Of a DNA stretch of 46,559 nucleotides, positions 1 through 8,700 are shown piece after piece. The notes below the pieces were generated by a model. It had not been told where the DNA came from, did not search any database, and saw nothing but the letters and a program-made list of their open reading frames with translations. The position numbers and the translations under genes were made by a program. The DNA is taken from the NCBI GenBank assembly GCA_017428585.1, contig JAFRQN010000154.1, positions 1 to 46,559 on the forward strand, given 5' to 3'. Within the stretch, counting starts at the first letter, position 1. Every line of letters starts with the position of its first letter. The DNA comes from Bacteroidota bacterium. Lineage in GTDB: Bacteria; Bacteroidota; Ignavibacteria; Kapaibacteriales; UBA2268.

Positions 1-9
1 AAAATTTAT

Positions 10-17
10 TATTTTTG
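10..17 (+). promoter_or_regulatory. Bacteroidota-type -7 promoter box (TAnnTTTG)
   Basis: TATTTTTG inside the ATTATTTTTGTAATA consensus, 22 nt upstream of the ATG at 40. Confidence 0.6.
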
Positions 18-39
18 TAATATGAAATTTTACTAAAAT

Positions 40-489
40 ATGAAAAATAATACAACAAAAATTTTTAATAGTTACGAAGAGTTTGTAAAATATGGATTAG
101 AGAACAATGATACAGATATAAACGGAGTAACACGTGAATATTTAGAAGAGTATGGGTTAAGTTTAGAGGAGTATTCGGAGCAGAATAAGAGTAATAAGCT
201 GTGTTTTAATGTTTATAAATGTGAGAATTGTTTTCAGTGTAATGATTGTTATTCCTGTTATTCGTGTACAAATTGCAAGTTTAGTCATAGCTGTGATAAC
301 TGCAAAGACGTAAAGCATTGTTTTAATTGTAGGTTATGCAATTTATGCATGCGTTGCACAGATTGTACTTGTTGTGTTAATTGTTATGAGTGTGAGGATT
401 GCAGCGACTGCCATAGCTGTTATCGTTTGCTCAAGCAAACCTGCAGAGTTGATGAGCAGGACACACAAGAAGAAGAATTTGAGGAATGA
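40..489 (+). CDS. Cysteine-ladder (C-x2-C)n repeat protein, paralog 1
   Basis: 149 aa. N-terminal motif INGVTREYL...LEEY shared with 4 other ORFs, then 24 Cys mostly at every third residue. Has its own promoter and terminator. Confidence 0.8.
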   Translation: MKNNTTKIFNSYEEFVKYGLENNDTDINGVTREYLEEYGLSLEEYSEQNKSNKLCFNVYKCENCFQCNDCYSCYSCTNCKFSHSCDNCKDVKHCFNCRLCNLCMRCTDCTCCVNCYECEDCSDCHSCYRLLKQTCRVDEQDTQEEEFEE

Positions 490-592
490 ATAGCAGGATT
501 TGAATTATTAATGAACAAAAAACCTAAATAAATTTCAAATTATTCACTTTTCATGCAATAAGTAATTTTAATTCCTAAATTTAAATTATGAT

Positions 593-620
593 AGCTTCCT
601 ATTCTGGAAGCTATTTTTTT
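593..620 (+). terminator. Rho-independent terminator
   Basis: AGCTTCC-tattct-GGAAGCT hairpin followed by ATTTTTTT. Confidence 0.7.
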
Positions 621-635
621 ATATGTTGATAACTT

Positions 636-644
636 TGTGGATAA
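636..644. promoter_or_regulatory. Consensus DnaA box (TGTGGATAA = TTATCCACA on the other strand)
   Basis: Perfect 9-mer at the edge of a nearly pure A+T tract of about 350 bp. Confidence 0.4.
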
Positions 645-766
645 ATTGTTTATAAATAAATTTGGAATTTTCGAATTTATGTGTATATTATAATATATAT
701 ATAATAATATTAATATATAAATATTATAAATAAATATATATATATAATATTATAATTTAAATATTA

Positions 767-934
767 TACTATTAACATTTCATTAATAAATAATTTAAAT
801 ATTACATTAATACATAAAATAATAATTAATACTATTAACATATAATTAACAGATAAATATTAGCATCTAATTATAATATTTGTACTATTAACATATAAGA
901 TAATATTACATTAATAAATAATATTACATTAATA
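767..934. repeat. Iteron-like short direct repeats in an AT-only tract (candidate replication origin)
   Basis: TACTATTAACAT at 767, 830 and 883. ATATTACATTAATA at 799, 903 and 921. No ORF. Confidence 0.45.
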
Positions 935-999
935 GTAATTTAAAAATATATATATAATATTTATTTTAAATATATATAATCGATATTAGGATAAATAAA

Positions 1000-1034
1000 G
1001 CGCGTGCGTGCGCGCGCGAGTGTGTATGCGTGTG
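1000..1034. other. Alternating purine-pyrimidine (Z-DNA-prone) GC/GT tract
   Basis: GCGCGTGCGTGCGCGCGCG (1000-1018) and GTGTGTATGCGTGTG (1020-1034), directly abutting the AT-only tract. Confidence 0.6.
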
Positions 1035-1351
1035 ATTTACTATTTATATGTTCCTTTAATTCAGAATATGCAGAATTACGCACAGAAATGACCAGTATTT
1101 AATTTTTATACTTCCACCCTTATATTTTATCAAATTAAAAATAAAATTAAAATATGAGCAAATAAACGATGTTTTTTGATATAATGAGAAAAGAATATAA
1201 ATTTTTAATTCGATGAGATAATTTTACGCTGATGATTTGATATTTTTTATTTTTCATTCTCTTTTATTTTAGAATATGTGTTTTTGCCGTCATTTGTCCT
1301 CTCTGTTGAGATTTTACAGCTTCACCCTTACAATTTATCATTTGAAAAGAA

Positions 1352-1381
1352 AAACGCCGTAAATCAAAAATAACGGCGTTT
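1352..1381. terminator. Hairpin flanked by A and T runs (possibly a bidirectional terminator)
   Basis: AAACGCCGT-12 nt-ACGGCGTTT, a 9-bp stem. Confidence 0.45.
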
Positions 1382-1426
1382 CTTAATTTTATGAGGTTTT
1401 ATTTGTTTTATATATATAAATTTTAT

Positions 1427-1434
1427 TATTTTTG
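1427..1434 (+). promoter_or_regulatory. -7 promoter box with no ORF downstream
   Basis: TATTTTTG in TTTTATTATTTTTGTAT, about 60 nt upstream of the terminator at 1491-1520. Confidence 0.4.
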
Positions 1435-1490
1435 TATGGTGCTTTTTGCATTATGGTATAATTTTTTTGTTTTTGTTTATAAATCTAAAA

Positions 1491-1520
1491 AGCGGACCTG
1501 TATAGATCCGCTTTCTTTTT
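1491..1520. terminator. Bidirectional terminator (ends the minus-strand recombination operon)
   Basis: AGCGGA-10 nt-TCCGCT flanked by an A-run and TTCTTTTT. Abuts the SSB-like stop codon. Confidence 0.6.
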
Positions 1521-1875
1521 AGTTAATTGCTCCTAAGGAATTAAATGTTTCTATAACTTGCTCTTTCGTATATGACGGCTTGTCTTGCTTTTGTGGATAA
1601 GATAAGATTTCTAATTTATCACATTGGACTTCCGTTTCGTCATCATGATATGTTAAATGTCCCTCAAAATATATTAAACTTCCCACTGCATAATCATTAA
1701 TTAATAAATCCGCTATTCCATTCCACGTTCTAATTTTTACTATGTTAGACTCTCCAGGTTTTCGCTGCAGGTCAAGCCAAGCATACGCCCATCGATGGTT
1801 TGAAGTTTTAGAATTAACAAGTTTGCTTACCTTTATAACTCTGCCTATTAACTCCACTTTATTCAAAGTATCCAC
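1519..1875 (-). CDS. Single-stranded DNA-binding protein-like (OB fold)
   Basis: NKVELIGRV start and the W...FEGHL pattern typical of SSB OB folds. Sits in an operon with ERF and VRR-NUC. Confidence 0.55.
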   Translation of the reverse strand: MDTLNKVELIGRVIKVSKLVNSKTSNHRWAYAWLDLQRKPGESNIVKIRTWNGIADLLINDYAVGSLIYFEGHLTYHDDETEVQCDKLEILSYPQKQDKPSYTKEQVIETFNSLGAIN

Positions 1876-1890
1876 TTTAATAACCTAAAT

Positions 1891-2244
1891 TTATTTGTTT
1901 GATAAATAACTTTTAACTACAATTTGAAATTCCTCTACTGATTTGATTACAATATATTTATAACCTTGTTCTTTTACTTTTTCTTCAAAGAGCTTTTGGC
2001 TTTCTGACTGCTTGTTGTAATCGACCTTAAACTCAATATAAAGACCGTGATATTCATTGTTTGGAACGCTTAGAAACATATCCGCTACGCCTGCCACTAC
2101 TCCTTCTTTTTTTAGATAAGCTGCAGTTTTAATGTTCCTTAATCCGCCATTGGGAATTGCAAATAAAAGACCTCTATATTTTCTATAAATTATATTAAAA
2201 TAATAATAACAATATGTTTGTAAATTATGCTCTTTAGTTTTCAT
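1891..2244 (-). CDS. VRR-NUC domain nuclease
   Basis: FAIPNGG...AGVADMFL...GLYIEFK matches the VRR-NUC D...ExK core. Confidence 0.7.
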   Translation of the reverse strand: MKTKEHNLQTYCYYYFNIIYRKYRGLLFAIPNGGLRNIKTAAYLKKEGVVAGVADMFLSVPNNEYHGLYIEFKVDYNKQSESQKLFEEKVKEQGYKYIVIKSVEEFQIVVKSYLSNK

Positions 2245-2245
2245 A

Positions 2246-3073
2246 TTAAAATTCTATTTCTGCTTTGTCTTCTAATACTGCTTCGTAAGACTCTGTATCT
2301 TTTTTGTATTTGTAATTAAATGCTTTAGTTGCTCTCTCGTGCAGTTCTTTAATTAAACTTGTTTTAATTTCATCTGCTATTTCTAAATTCTTTGCTCTTT
2401 GTTTAATTTCATGCAAAAGAGCAGTAAAATCTTGAGATAAAAAAGTATTATTTATTTTTTCTTTAATCTCTTTTATAAACGTGTCTTTTTGTTCTTTTGT
2501 TATTTCTTTAGGTTTTATTTCCTGTATTTTCATAACAGGTTTTTGCGCCTGTCTTGCTGGCTGTTGAGCTGGCTGTCTTGCTGGTGGTGCTGGCTGTGCT
2601 GGTCTGCTGTTTCTCTGCACTCTGTCCACTTCAACATTGTATTTGCTTTTAGTATTTGCCCATATATCAGGCGCCATAGCGTCCACGTCAATCTCATCAC
2701 AAATTATTATATTCAAAATACTTGATAATAAATAACGTTTTGCGTATGTTATCAATCCACCGAATTTTTGCGGATTGTCTTCTATTTTTTGTCCAATAAT
2801 TAATTCTGTAATTCTCATTTCTTGAGAAGCAGAATGGGTTAATGTACAAGTCAATTTAATTTTTTCATTTTCTAAAGTCTTTAATGAAAAATAGCATTCT
2901 AAACCTACCTCGCTTAAAATAGGAAATATAGCTTGCTGTATAGTTGCCAAATCTGCATAGCTGAATTGAGTTTTGCCGTTGTATTTCACGGTGTTTAATT
3001 TTTCAATAGGTTTAAGCTGTCTTTGAAATTCCAGCATTGCTTCGCTTAATGTTTTGTAAGATTCTTTACTCAT
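2246..3073 (-). CDS. ERF-family single-strand annealing recombinase
   Basis: FSYADLATIQQAIFPIL and GGLITYAKRYLLSSILNI are characteristic of the ERF superfamily. Has a P/Q/A-rich linker. Confidence 0.7.
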   Translation of the reverse strand: MSKESYKTLSEAMLEFQRQLKPIEKLNTVKYNGKTQFSYADLATIQQAIFPILSEVGLECYFSLKTLENEKIKLTCTLTHSASQEMRITELIIGQKIEDNPQKFGGLITYAKRYLLSSILNIIICDEIDVDAMAPDIWANTKSKYNVEVDRVQRNSRPAQPAPPARQPAQQPARQAQKPVMKIQEIKPKEITKEQKDTFIKEIKEKINNTFLSQDFTALLHEIKQRAKNLEIADEIKTSLIKELHERATKAFNYKYKKDTESYEAVLEDKAEIEF

Positions 3074-3371
3074 TGCGTTCTCCTCTGCTGTTCATAATTA
3101 AAGGATTTAAGATTAATAAACTTATATGCTTAAATAAATAAATCAATATATATTTAGCAGTGTTTTTCATTCTGAAAAACAAAGAGTATAAAGAATAATC
3201 ATTATATTCTTTTTTGTAGTATTTAATAATACTTTTTCTATTATCTATTTCTTTAGATAATTGTTTGTAAACTTTTAGATATCTATTATATTTTTCTAAT
3301 TCTAAAAGTTTGATTTGTTTAGTTTCTTTTTCTAATCTTGATAAAATACCGTTATACTTATTGATATTCAT
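3066..3371 (-). CDS. Hypothetical protein (first gene of the recombination operon)
   Basis: 101-aa ORF directly downstream of the minus-strand promoter at 3409-3416. Confidence 0.5.
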   Translation of the reverse strand: MNINKYNGILSRLEKETKQIKLLELEKYNRYLKVYKQLSKEIDNRKSIIKYYKKEYNDYSLYSLFFRMKNTAKYILIYLFKHISLLILNPLIMNSRGERNE

Positions 3372-3408
3372 TGATTACCTCAAATTTATATTAATAATTT
3401 TTGTAATA

Positions 3409-3416
3409 CAAAAATA
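3409..3416 (-). promoter_or_regulatory. -7 promoter box (minus strand)
   Basis: Reverse complement reads TTATTATTTTTGTATTAC. Part of a near-palindrome, TTTTTGTAATACAAAAA. Confidence 0.6.
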
Positions 3417-3451
3417 ATAATTTATTTTGAAAAAAACAAATATATTTTTAA

Positions 3452-3619
3452 TTATTTTAACAAATATTTTTCTTTGTCAAATTTATAATTGCATTTATAA
3501 TTATCTTTTACTTGAATATCAATAATATGGTGTCTATCGAAAGACAAAGAATAGCATTTACTGAAATTATAGCAATAATTACATTTATCGTATAATTTGT
3601 TTTCGTTTATGTACTTCAT
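3452..3619 (-). CDS. Small Cys/His protein (55 aa, below the ORF-track cutoff)
   Basis: ATG preceded by AAGGGAGAATATA. Peptide MKYINENKLYDKCNYCYNFSKC...RHH...KC. Confidence 0.35.
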   Translation of the reverse strand: MKYINENKLYDKCNYCYNFSKCYSLSFDRHHIIDIQVKDNYKCNYKFDKEKYLLK

Positions 3620-3640
3620 TATATTCTCCCTTAAAGATAT

Positions 3641-3958
3641 TTATTTTTTTAATTTAGGAACGTCGAAATATCTCCATAATTTATAATATGTTATATCATA
3701 TTTTTTAGATATTTTAAGTCTTGGAATACCAAGTTCTAAATCTCTTTTAATTTTTTTTACAATATCAGAATTATTAAGAATAGTATATCGTTCTGGAGAA
3801 GGTGTATTTTTATCAATATAACGTCTCTTAAAGAAAACGAATGATTGATAAGTAACTCCCATTTTTTCTGCTATTATTCTTTTTGGCACGCCTTGATCCA
3901 ATAATTTTTTTATTTCTTTTTTATTAGCGTGCAGATTTTTAAGATTCTCATTACTCAT
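3641..3958 (-). CDS. DNA-binding protein with two resolvase-type HTH repeats
   Basis: GVPKRIIAEKMGVTYQSF and GIPRLKISKKYDITYYKL are internal duplicates of an HTH motif. Confidence 0.55.
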   Translation of the reverse strand: MSNENLKNLHANKKEIKKLLDQGVPKRIIAEKMGVTYQSFVFFKRRYIDKNTPSPERYTILNNSDIVKKIKRDLELGIPRLKISKKYDITYYKLWRYFDVPKLKK

Positions 3959-3960
3959 AA

Positions 3961-4188
3961 TTAATACTTGTTTTTAATAGTTGTTTCTAAAACCAACATA
4001 GTTTCAATAAAATTGCTTTTTTTAATATCTTCTACTCTTGTAATATCATAATCTGCAAGGAGCAGATTGTACCAGTTATTTTTTATTGCCCAGTCGAGCC
4101 TTTTTTCGATTTCTTCTTTTTCGAAGAGATGCTTTGAAATAAATTGTTTTCTGACAAGGTCTTTACGGAGTTTGTCATTTTCTCCCAT
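3961..4188 (-). CDS. Hypothetical protein
   Basis: 75-aa helical-looking ORF. Overlaps the 3' end of 4083..4667 by 106 nt in another frame. Confidence 0.45.
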   Translation of the reverse strand: MGENDKLRKDLVRKQFISKHLFEKEEIEKRLDWAIKNNWYNLLLADYDITRVEDIKKSNFIETMLVLETTIKNKY

Positions 4189-4667
4189 GCTTCCGCCAGT
4201 GCCAATAACTCTTCTGTTGGCGTTAGCTTTTTCGGATTTGCTCTGTAAGAGAATGTCAATAGATCCTTTAATCTTCCCCGTTTTAGAAAAAAACTTTCAA
4301 TAATCTTTTGCATTTTTACCTGCATATCGCGAGCGCCGTTTTCTTGGTCTGCTGGTTGTTCCAGAAGACCGTTTCTAACATCAAGACAAGCATCAAGATT
4401 AAATTTTTGTATTTTATTATCTATTTCTTCCAAAAGCAGATAAGAAATTAAAGTCTCTTTCCAATAAGCAAAATCACATTGCAGTAATACATCAAAATCT
4501 TTAGGCACTTGCTTAGAAGACTGCAGGCACCATGTCATGTATTCTGTTGCAATAGACACTTGAGCATTGCAAAGTTTATTATATTGATAAATATATGTTT
4601 TATCGTTAATAATAAACGTTTCTTTTTCATTAGTAAATTGTTCTACAATATCGTTAACCGTTTCCAT
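4083..4667 (-). CDS. Hypothetical protein
   Basis: 194-aa ORF behind the promoter at 4701-4708. The last ~30 aa are low-complexity K/S-rich, so the true 3' end is uncertain. Confidence 0.5.
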   Translation of the reverse strand: METVNDIVEQFTNEKETFIINDKTYIYQYNKLCNAQVSIATEYMTWCLQSSKQVPKDFDVLLQCDFAYWKETLISYLLLEEIDNKIQKFNLDACLDVRNGLLEQPADQENGARDMQVKMQKIIESFFLKRGRLKDLLTFSYRANPKKLTPTEELLALAEAWEKMTNSVKTLSENNLFQSISSKKKKSKKGSTGQ

Positions 4668-4700
4668 AAAATTATATATATATTATTCTTTAACTTATTA

Positions 4701-4708
4701 CAAAAATA
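4701..4708 (-). promoter_or_regulatory. -7 promoter box (minus strand)
   Basis: Reverse complement reads ATTATTATTTTTGTAAT. Confidence 0.6.
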
Positions 4709-4739
4709 ATAATAATTTTTGAATAAATCAAAATTATTT

Positions 4740-5228
4740 TTAATAATTATCTAAATCGTGCAGCATTAAATTTAATTGTTCAAAAAATCTATTTACATTT
4801 ATATTGTCGCATATATCATTATGCCTTGCGCTTTCTGCATAGTCAAAATCCACGCAGTACCAGCATGACTTGCAAACCGTGCATTCTTCACATTCAAAAC
4901 AATTCTTGCAGCTACTGCATTTATAACATTTCGTGCATCCATCACACGCAAGACAACCTATGCAGTCTCTGCAAGTGCTTAAGCATCTTCCTGTGTTGCA
5001 ATTATGGCAATATTCGCATTTATAGCATTCATCGCAATCTGAGCATTTGTAACAATTAAAACAATTTACATTATTAAATTTATTTAAGTAATCTTTATAC
5101 TCTTCAAAATCTAATAGCCAATAATCTAAAAATTCTTGAGTACAACCATTTACTTTTTTTGTTTTTATATCTTCTAACCATTCTTCTTTATCTTTATATA
5201 AAACAAGAGGGATTTCTGGATTATTCAT
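4740..5228 (-). CDS. Cysteine-ladder (C-x2-C)n repeat protein, paralog 2
   Basis: The track ORF starts at a TTG. The ATG at 5228 (MNNPEIP) is preceded by GGAGTAAAA. Motif VNGCTQEFL...FEEY, then 25 Cys. Confidence 0.75.
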   Translation of the reverse strand: MNNPEIPLVLYKDKEEWLEDIKTKKVNGCTQEFLDYWLLDFEEYKDYLNKFNNVNCFNCYKCSDCDECYKCEYCHNCNTGRCLSTCRDCIGCLACDGCTKCYKCSSCKNCFECEECTVCKSCWYCVDFDYAESARHNDICDNINVNRFFEQLNLMLHDLDNY

Positions 5229-5559
5229 TTTTACTCCTTTTTCTTGGTACAATATTTTTTTGATAGTTTAATTTAATGCTTTTGTTTCTCTGTCTCCATT
5301 CATCAAAACATTCTTTCACAGCTTCAAGGAGTGCGTCTCCATTTAATAAATCGTAACACTTCATTCTGTTTATTTTGTCTTGAATAATAGAAGCAAATTT
5401 TTCATGTTCTCTAACATAAGCAACAGCAAATAATTTTTCTGGCATTTCTATTTCATTGTCCAGAATCATTTGGCACAAAGGACTTTCTTTTTGAGCGTTT
5501 ACTTTAGCTTGTCCAATTTGATATGTAATAAAAACATATCCTTCATTTTCATAACACAT
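5221..5559 (-). CDS. Hypothetical protein
   Basis: 112-aa ORF behind the promoter at 5597-5604. Confidence 0.5.
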   Translation of the reverse strand: MCYENEGYVFITYQIGQAKVNAQKESPLCQMILDNEIEMPEKLFAVAYVREHEKFASIIQDKINRMKCYDLLNGDALLEAVKECFDEWRQRNKSIKLNYQKNIVPRKRSKNE

Positions 5560-5596
5560 TGCATTACCTTTTTAAGTTATTACTAATTTTGTATTA

Positions 5597-5604
5597 CAAA
5601 AATA
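5597..5604 (-). promoter_or_regulatory. -7 promoter box (minus strand) within a palindromic TTTTGTATTACAAAA
   Basis: Reverse complement reads ATTATTATTTTTGTAATAC. A plus-strand TAATTTTG box lies at 5584-5591. Confidence 0.55.
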
Positions 5605-5634
5605 ATAATAATTTTTGAAAAAAGCAAATAAAAA

Positions 5635-5658
5635 AACAGCAATCGTAAAATTGCTGTT
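5635..5658 (-). terminator. Terminator of the tape measure gene
   Basis: AACAGCAAT-cgtaaa-ATTGCTGTT, followed on the minus strand by a T-run. Confidence 0.65.
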
Positions 5659-5723
5659 AAGTAATGAAAGTTAAAAAGAACAGTTATTAATTATGAAAAA
5701 TGTAATAAGAAACATTTTCAAAT

Positions 5724-8700
5724 TTAATAATTTCTCAAGCTATTTTCAAATTCTGTACGTTTTACTGATAAAATAATATCACTTCCTTTAATAGTAGAAG
5801 TAAGGTTTATATTGCTTATAGAATTTTGCAAAGACTTGAAGCTGTTTGAAATTTTATTATTTTGATTATCTACTACTTCCTCGACAAGAGAGCGGAGCTG
5901 GTCGTCTCTAAATACCCATTCTTTGTTGTCTCCTCCTAACCTGTTGCCGTCTCCTATTAAAGCTAATGTTGGCGAATCTATACGACCGCCAGATGAGAAA
6001 CTTAACAAACTGCTTGTTATGCTTGTAATCAAAGGACTAATAATTGCTTTTAACGATGCTTTGGCAATAGCCAATAAAGCTGGCACAAAAGCAATAATGC
6101 CGCCTGATTTTAAAGCTATATCTTCCCATAATGAGCTGCTAAATAAATAAGTTTCCAGTGCCGCTTCTGCTTCTTTAATTAAAAACTCGCTAAATGTTTT
6201 TAATATCAATCTAAGACCGTCTTTTATAGAAGTTATTTGTTCGCCAGACGCAATCATGCTGTCAAAAATAGAAACGAAAGTCTTTGCTATTTCTTCACCA
6301 GATAAAGCTATGTTTTGAGACATTGTTCCCATTGTTCCTTCTATTTCCTGTATTTTTAATTTCATTTGTTCCGCATTTTGAGTAACAGAAGCGATTTGAG
6401 CATCATACATTGCTTTAATACTATCATCTTGTGTTTTGTTTCTTTGTTCCTGCAAAGTATTAATTAAATTTAATTGCAGTTCTAAGCTCTTTTTATAATA
6501 TTCTTCTTCTTTCTTTAATTGTTCCGTTCTTTGTTGTTCTTCTAATTCAGCCATACGTCTTTGGTTTTGCAAATTAAGCGATTGCTCTCTGTATGCTGCT
6601 TGGATTTGCAGTTTTTCTTTTTCTTCTTGATATTTCTTTTCAATTTCTAAACGTTTTTTATTATATAATTCTTCTTTGTAAGTAAGTTTTTCTTTTTTGC
6701 CGAATTGCTGGTCTAATTGGTCTAATTCGTTTTGCAGTTCATCGTTTATATTTTCAGTATCAATTTCTAATTTAGTATGGATTGTAGCAATTAAAGATTG
6801 ATTTAAGAAATTAACGAAATTAGTTGCCTGCTCTTTTTGTTTATCCAAAGAGTTTTTATTTAATTCGTTTTCAGTTTCGTATTTTTGTTTTATTAATTCT
6901 ATTTCTTTTTCGTTAGCGTCTTTAGTTGCTTTCAATCTGTTATTAATTATATCATTTACTTTAGATTTAGCTTCATTTAATTCTTTAGTAAGATTAATAA
7001 TATATTCTTGATTAGTTCCTGCTTTCACAGCTTCCTCTAATTTAGCTTTAATTTCTTCTGCTCGTTTAGTCAATATAGAAAGCATATCATCTGTAATACT
7101 ATTAACGTTTTCAGTTGCTATTCTTATGCTGTCGTCATCTATACCGAATTTTAGGTTAATAGTTTTCATTTCGTCTTTTAATCTTTCCTCTAATAAATCC
7201 AATTCAGTTAAATCTACTTTAGCTTCGTAAGTCTGTATATTTTTCAAAGTATTATTATATTCTTTAATAAAATCTACTACTAATTTTTGAGCTTTTTCCA
7301 ATTCGTCTTTTTCTAATTTTATTCCAATAGATAAATCATTTAAATTATCTGTTGTCATAAAATCATCTTTTAATTTCAAATACTCAATTAAATCATTTTT
7401 TTCTTTTTCCAGTGTTTTTAATTGTTCTTGATTGCATTTATAGTCATCGTAATCTGTTCTCTCTCTCTTTTCAGATAAAATTAAATTATCTGTATTTATT
7501 CTAAATATTTCTTGTTCCAATTCATATTTATTTTTCAAAGAGTTTAATATCTTTTCATTTTTTTCAAATTCAGTTTCTTTAGCTTTAGCAGAAGCAGTTG
7601 TAGTTTTCACTGATTTATCAAAAGTTTTATTGAAAGCATCTACATCTTGGTTTGTTTTATCAATCCAATCTGCGTTTTGTTTAGCTTGTTTTAATGCTTC
7701 TTTAGCGGCTGTAACATCTGCTAATAATTGTTTAGCGTGTGGGTCTGATTTAGCGGCTTTAGCAGAATTATTTTGTACCCATTGATTATAGCGTGCCGTC
7801 ATGTCCCATAATCTCTGCTGTGCTTTAGTTACTTCCTCTGTATCTTTTGCTTTGTTGTAAGAAACAGCTTTGTTTACTTCTTCCTGTAATTGTAATTGCT
7901 GCTCTAATAATTGTTTTCTTTGTACTTCTGCTTGAATAACTTTCTTTAATTCTTCTGGTTGTTGTTTAATAGATTTAGCTATGCTGTTATATATTTTATC
8001 TGTTGCCGTTCCCTCTTTTTCCATTTGTTCTAATTGGCTAAGCATTACGTCTTTTTGATTACTCATAGATGTTGCCAATTTATCATATTCAGCTCTTAGC
8101 TGGGAAACGTCTTCACCTCTCATTGATTTAGTTGTAATTTGTTTTTGCAAGTCTTTAAGTTTCTTTTCATTATAAGCAAAGGTTTCACCTTGTTTTTCAA
8201 AAGTCTTTAATAAATTATTTTGGTTGTCAATTAATTCTTTGCTTACAGATTCTTCTAAAGCTTTGCTCATTTCTTCAACGGCTTCGCTTGACACTTCATA
8301 GCTATTGACTAATTTACCGTTTTCATCTACAATAGTATCTACAACCTTAACTGCGGCTGGCGCCCATTCCTGTATTTTTTCTGCAATACGTGCTTTCTCT
8401 GCTGCATCTTTAGCATTTTTAAAATCATCTTCTAATTGTTTAAGAGCTTGTACATCTTTTAATTTTTCAGTTGATTTAACAATATTTTCAATTTGTTCTC
8501 CAATGTTAGCTTTTACAGCCTCGTTTTTAATCTCGTTGTACATCTCTTTTACTTGTTCTACGGTTGTTTCTGTTTGCTCTGCAATTTTCCGCGCTGCCTC
8601 GTCTGTAATCATACCGCCTGCAGTTTCTTTTATATTTTTATCGTATGCTTCTTTTACTGCATTGCTTAATACTTCAACCTTAGCTTTTTCTACTGCTTGA

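Noticed and set aside
3961-4667. Programmed -1 frameshift (G/GT-like) joining 4083..4667 and 3961..4188
   Set aside because: The 106-nt overlap is suggestive, and the downstream frame looks more protein-like. But I found no X-XXY-YYZ slippery heptamer in the correct frame, and the pair lies downstream of the tape measure gene, not upstream. A simple overlap or a sequencing indel is equally likely.
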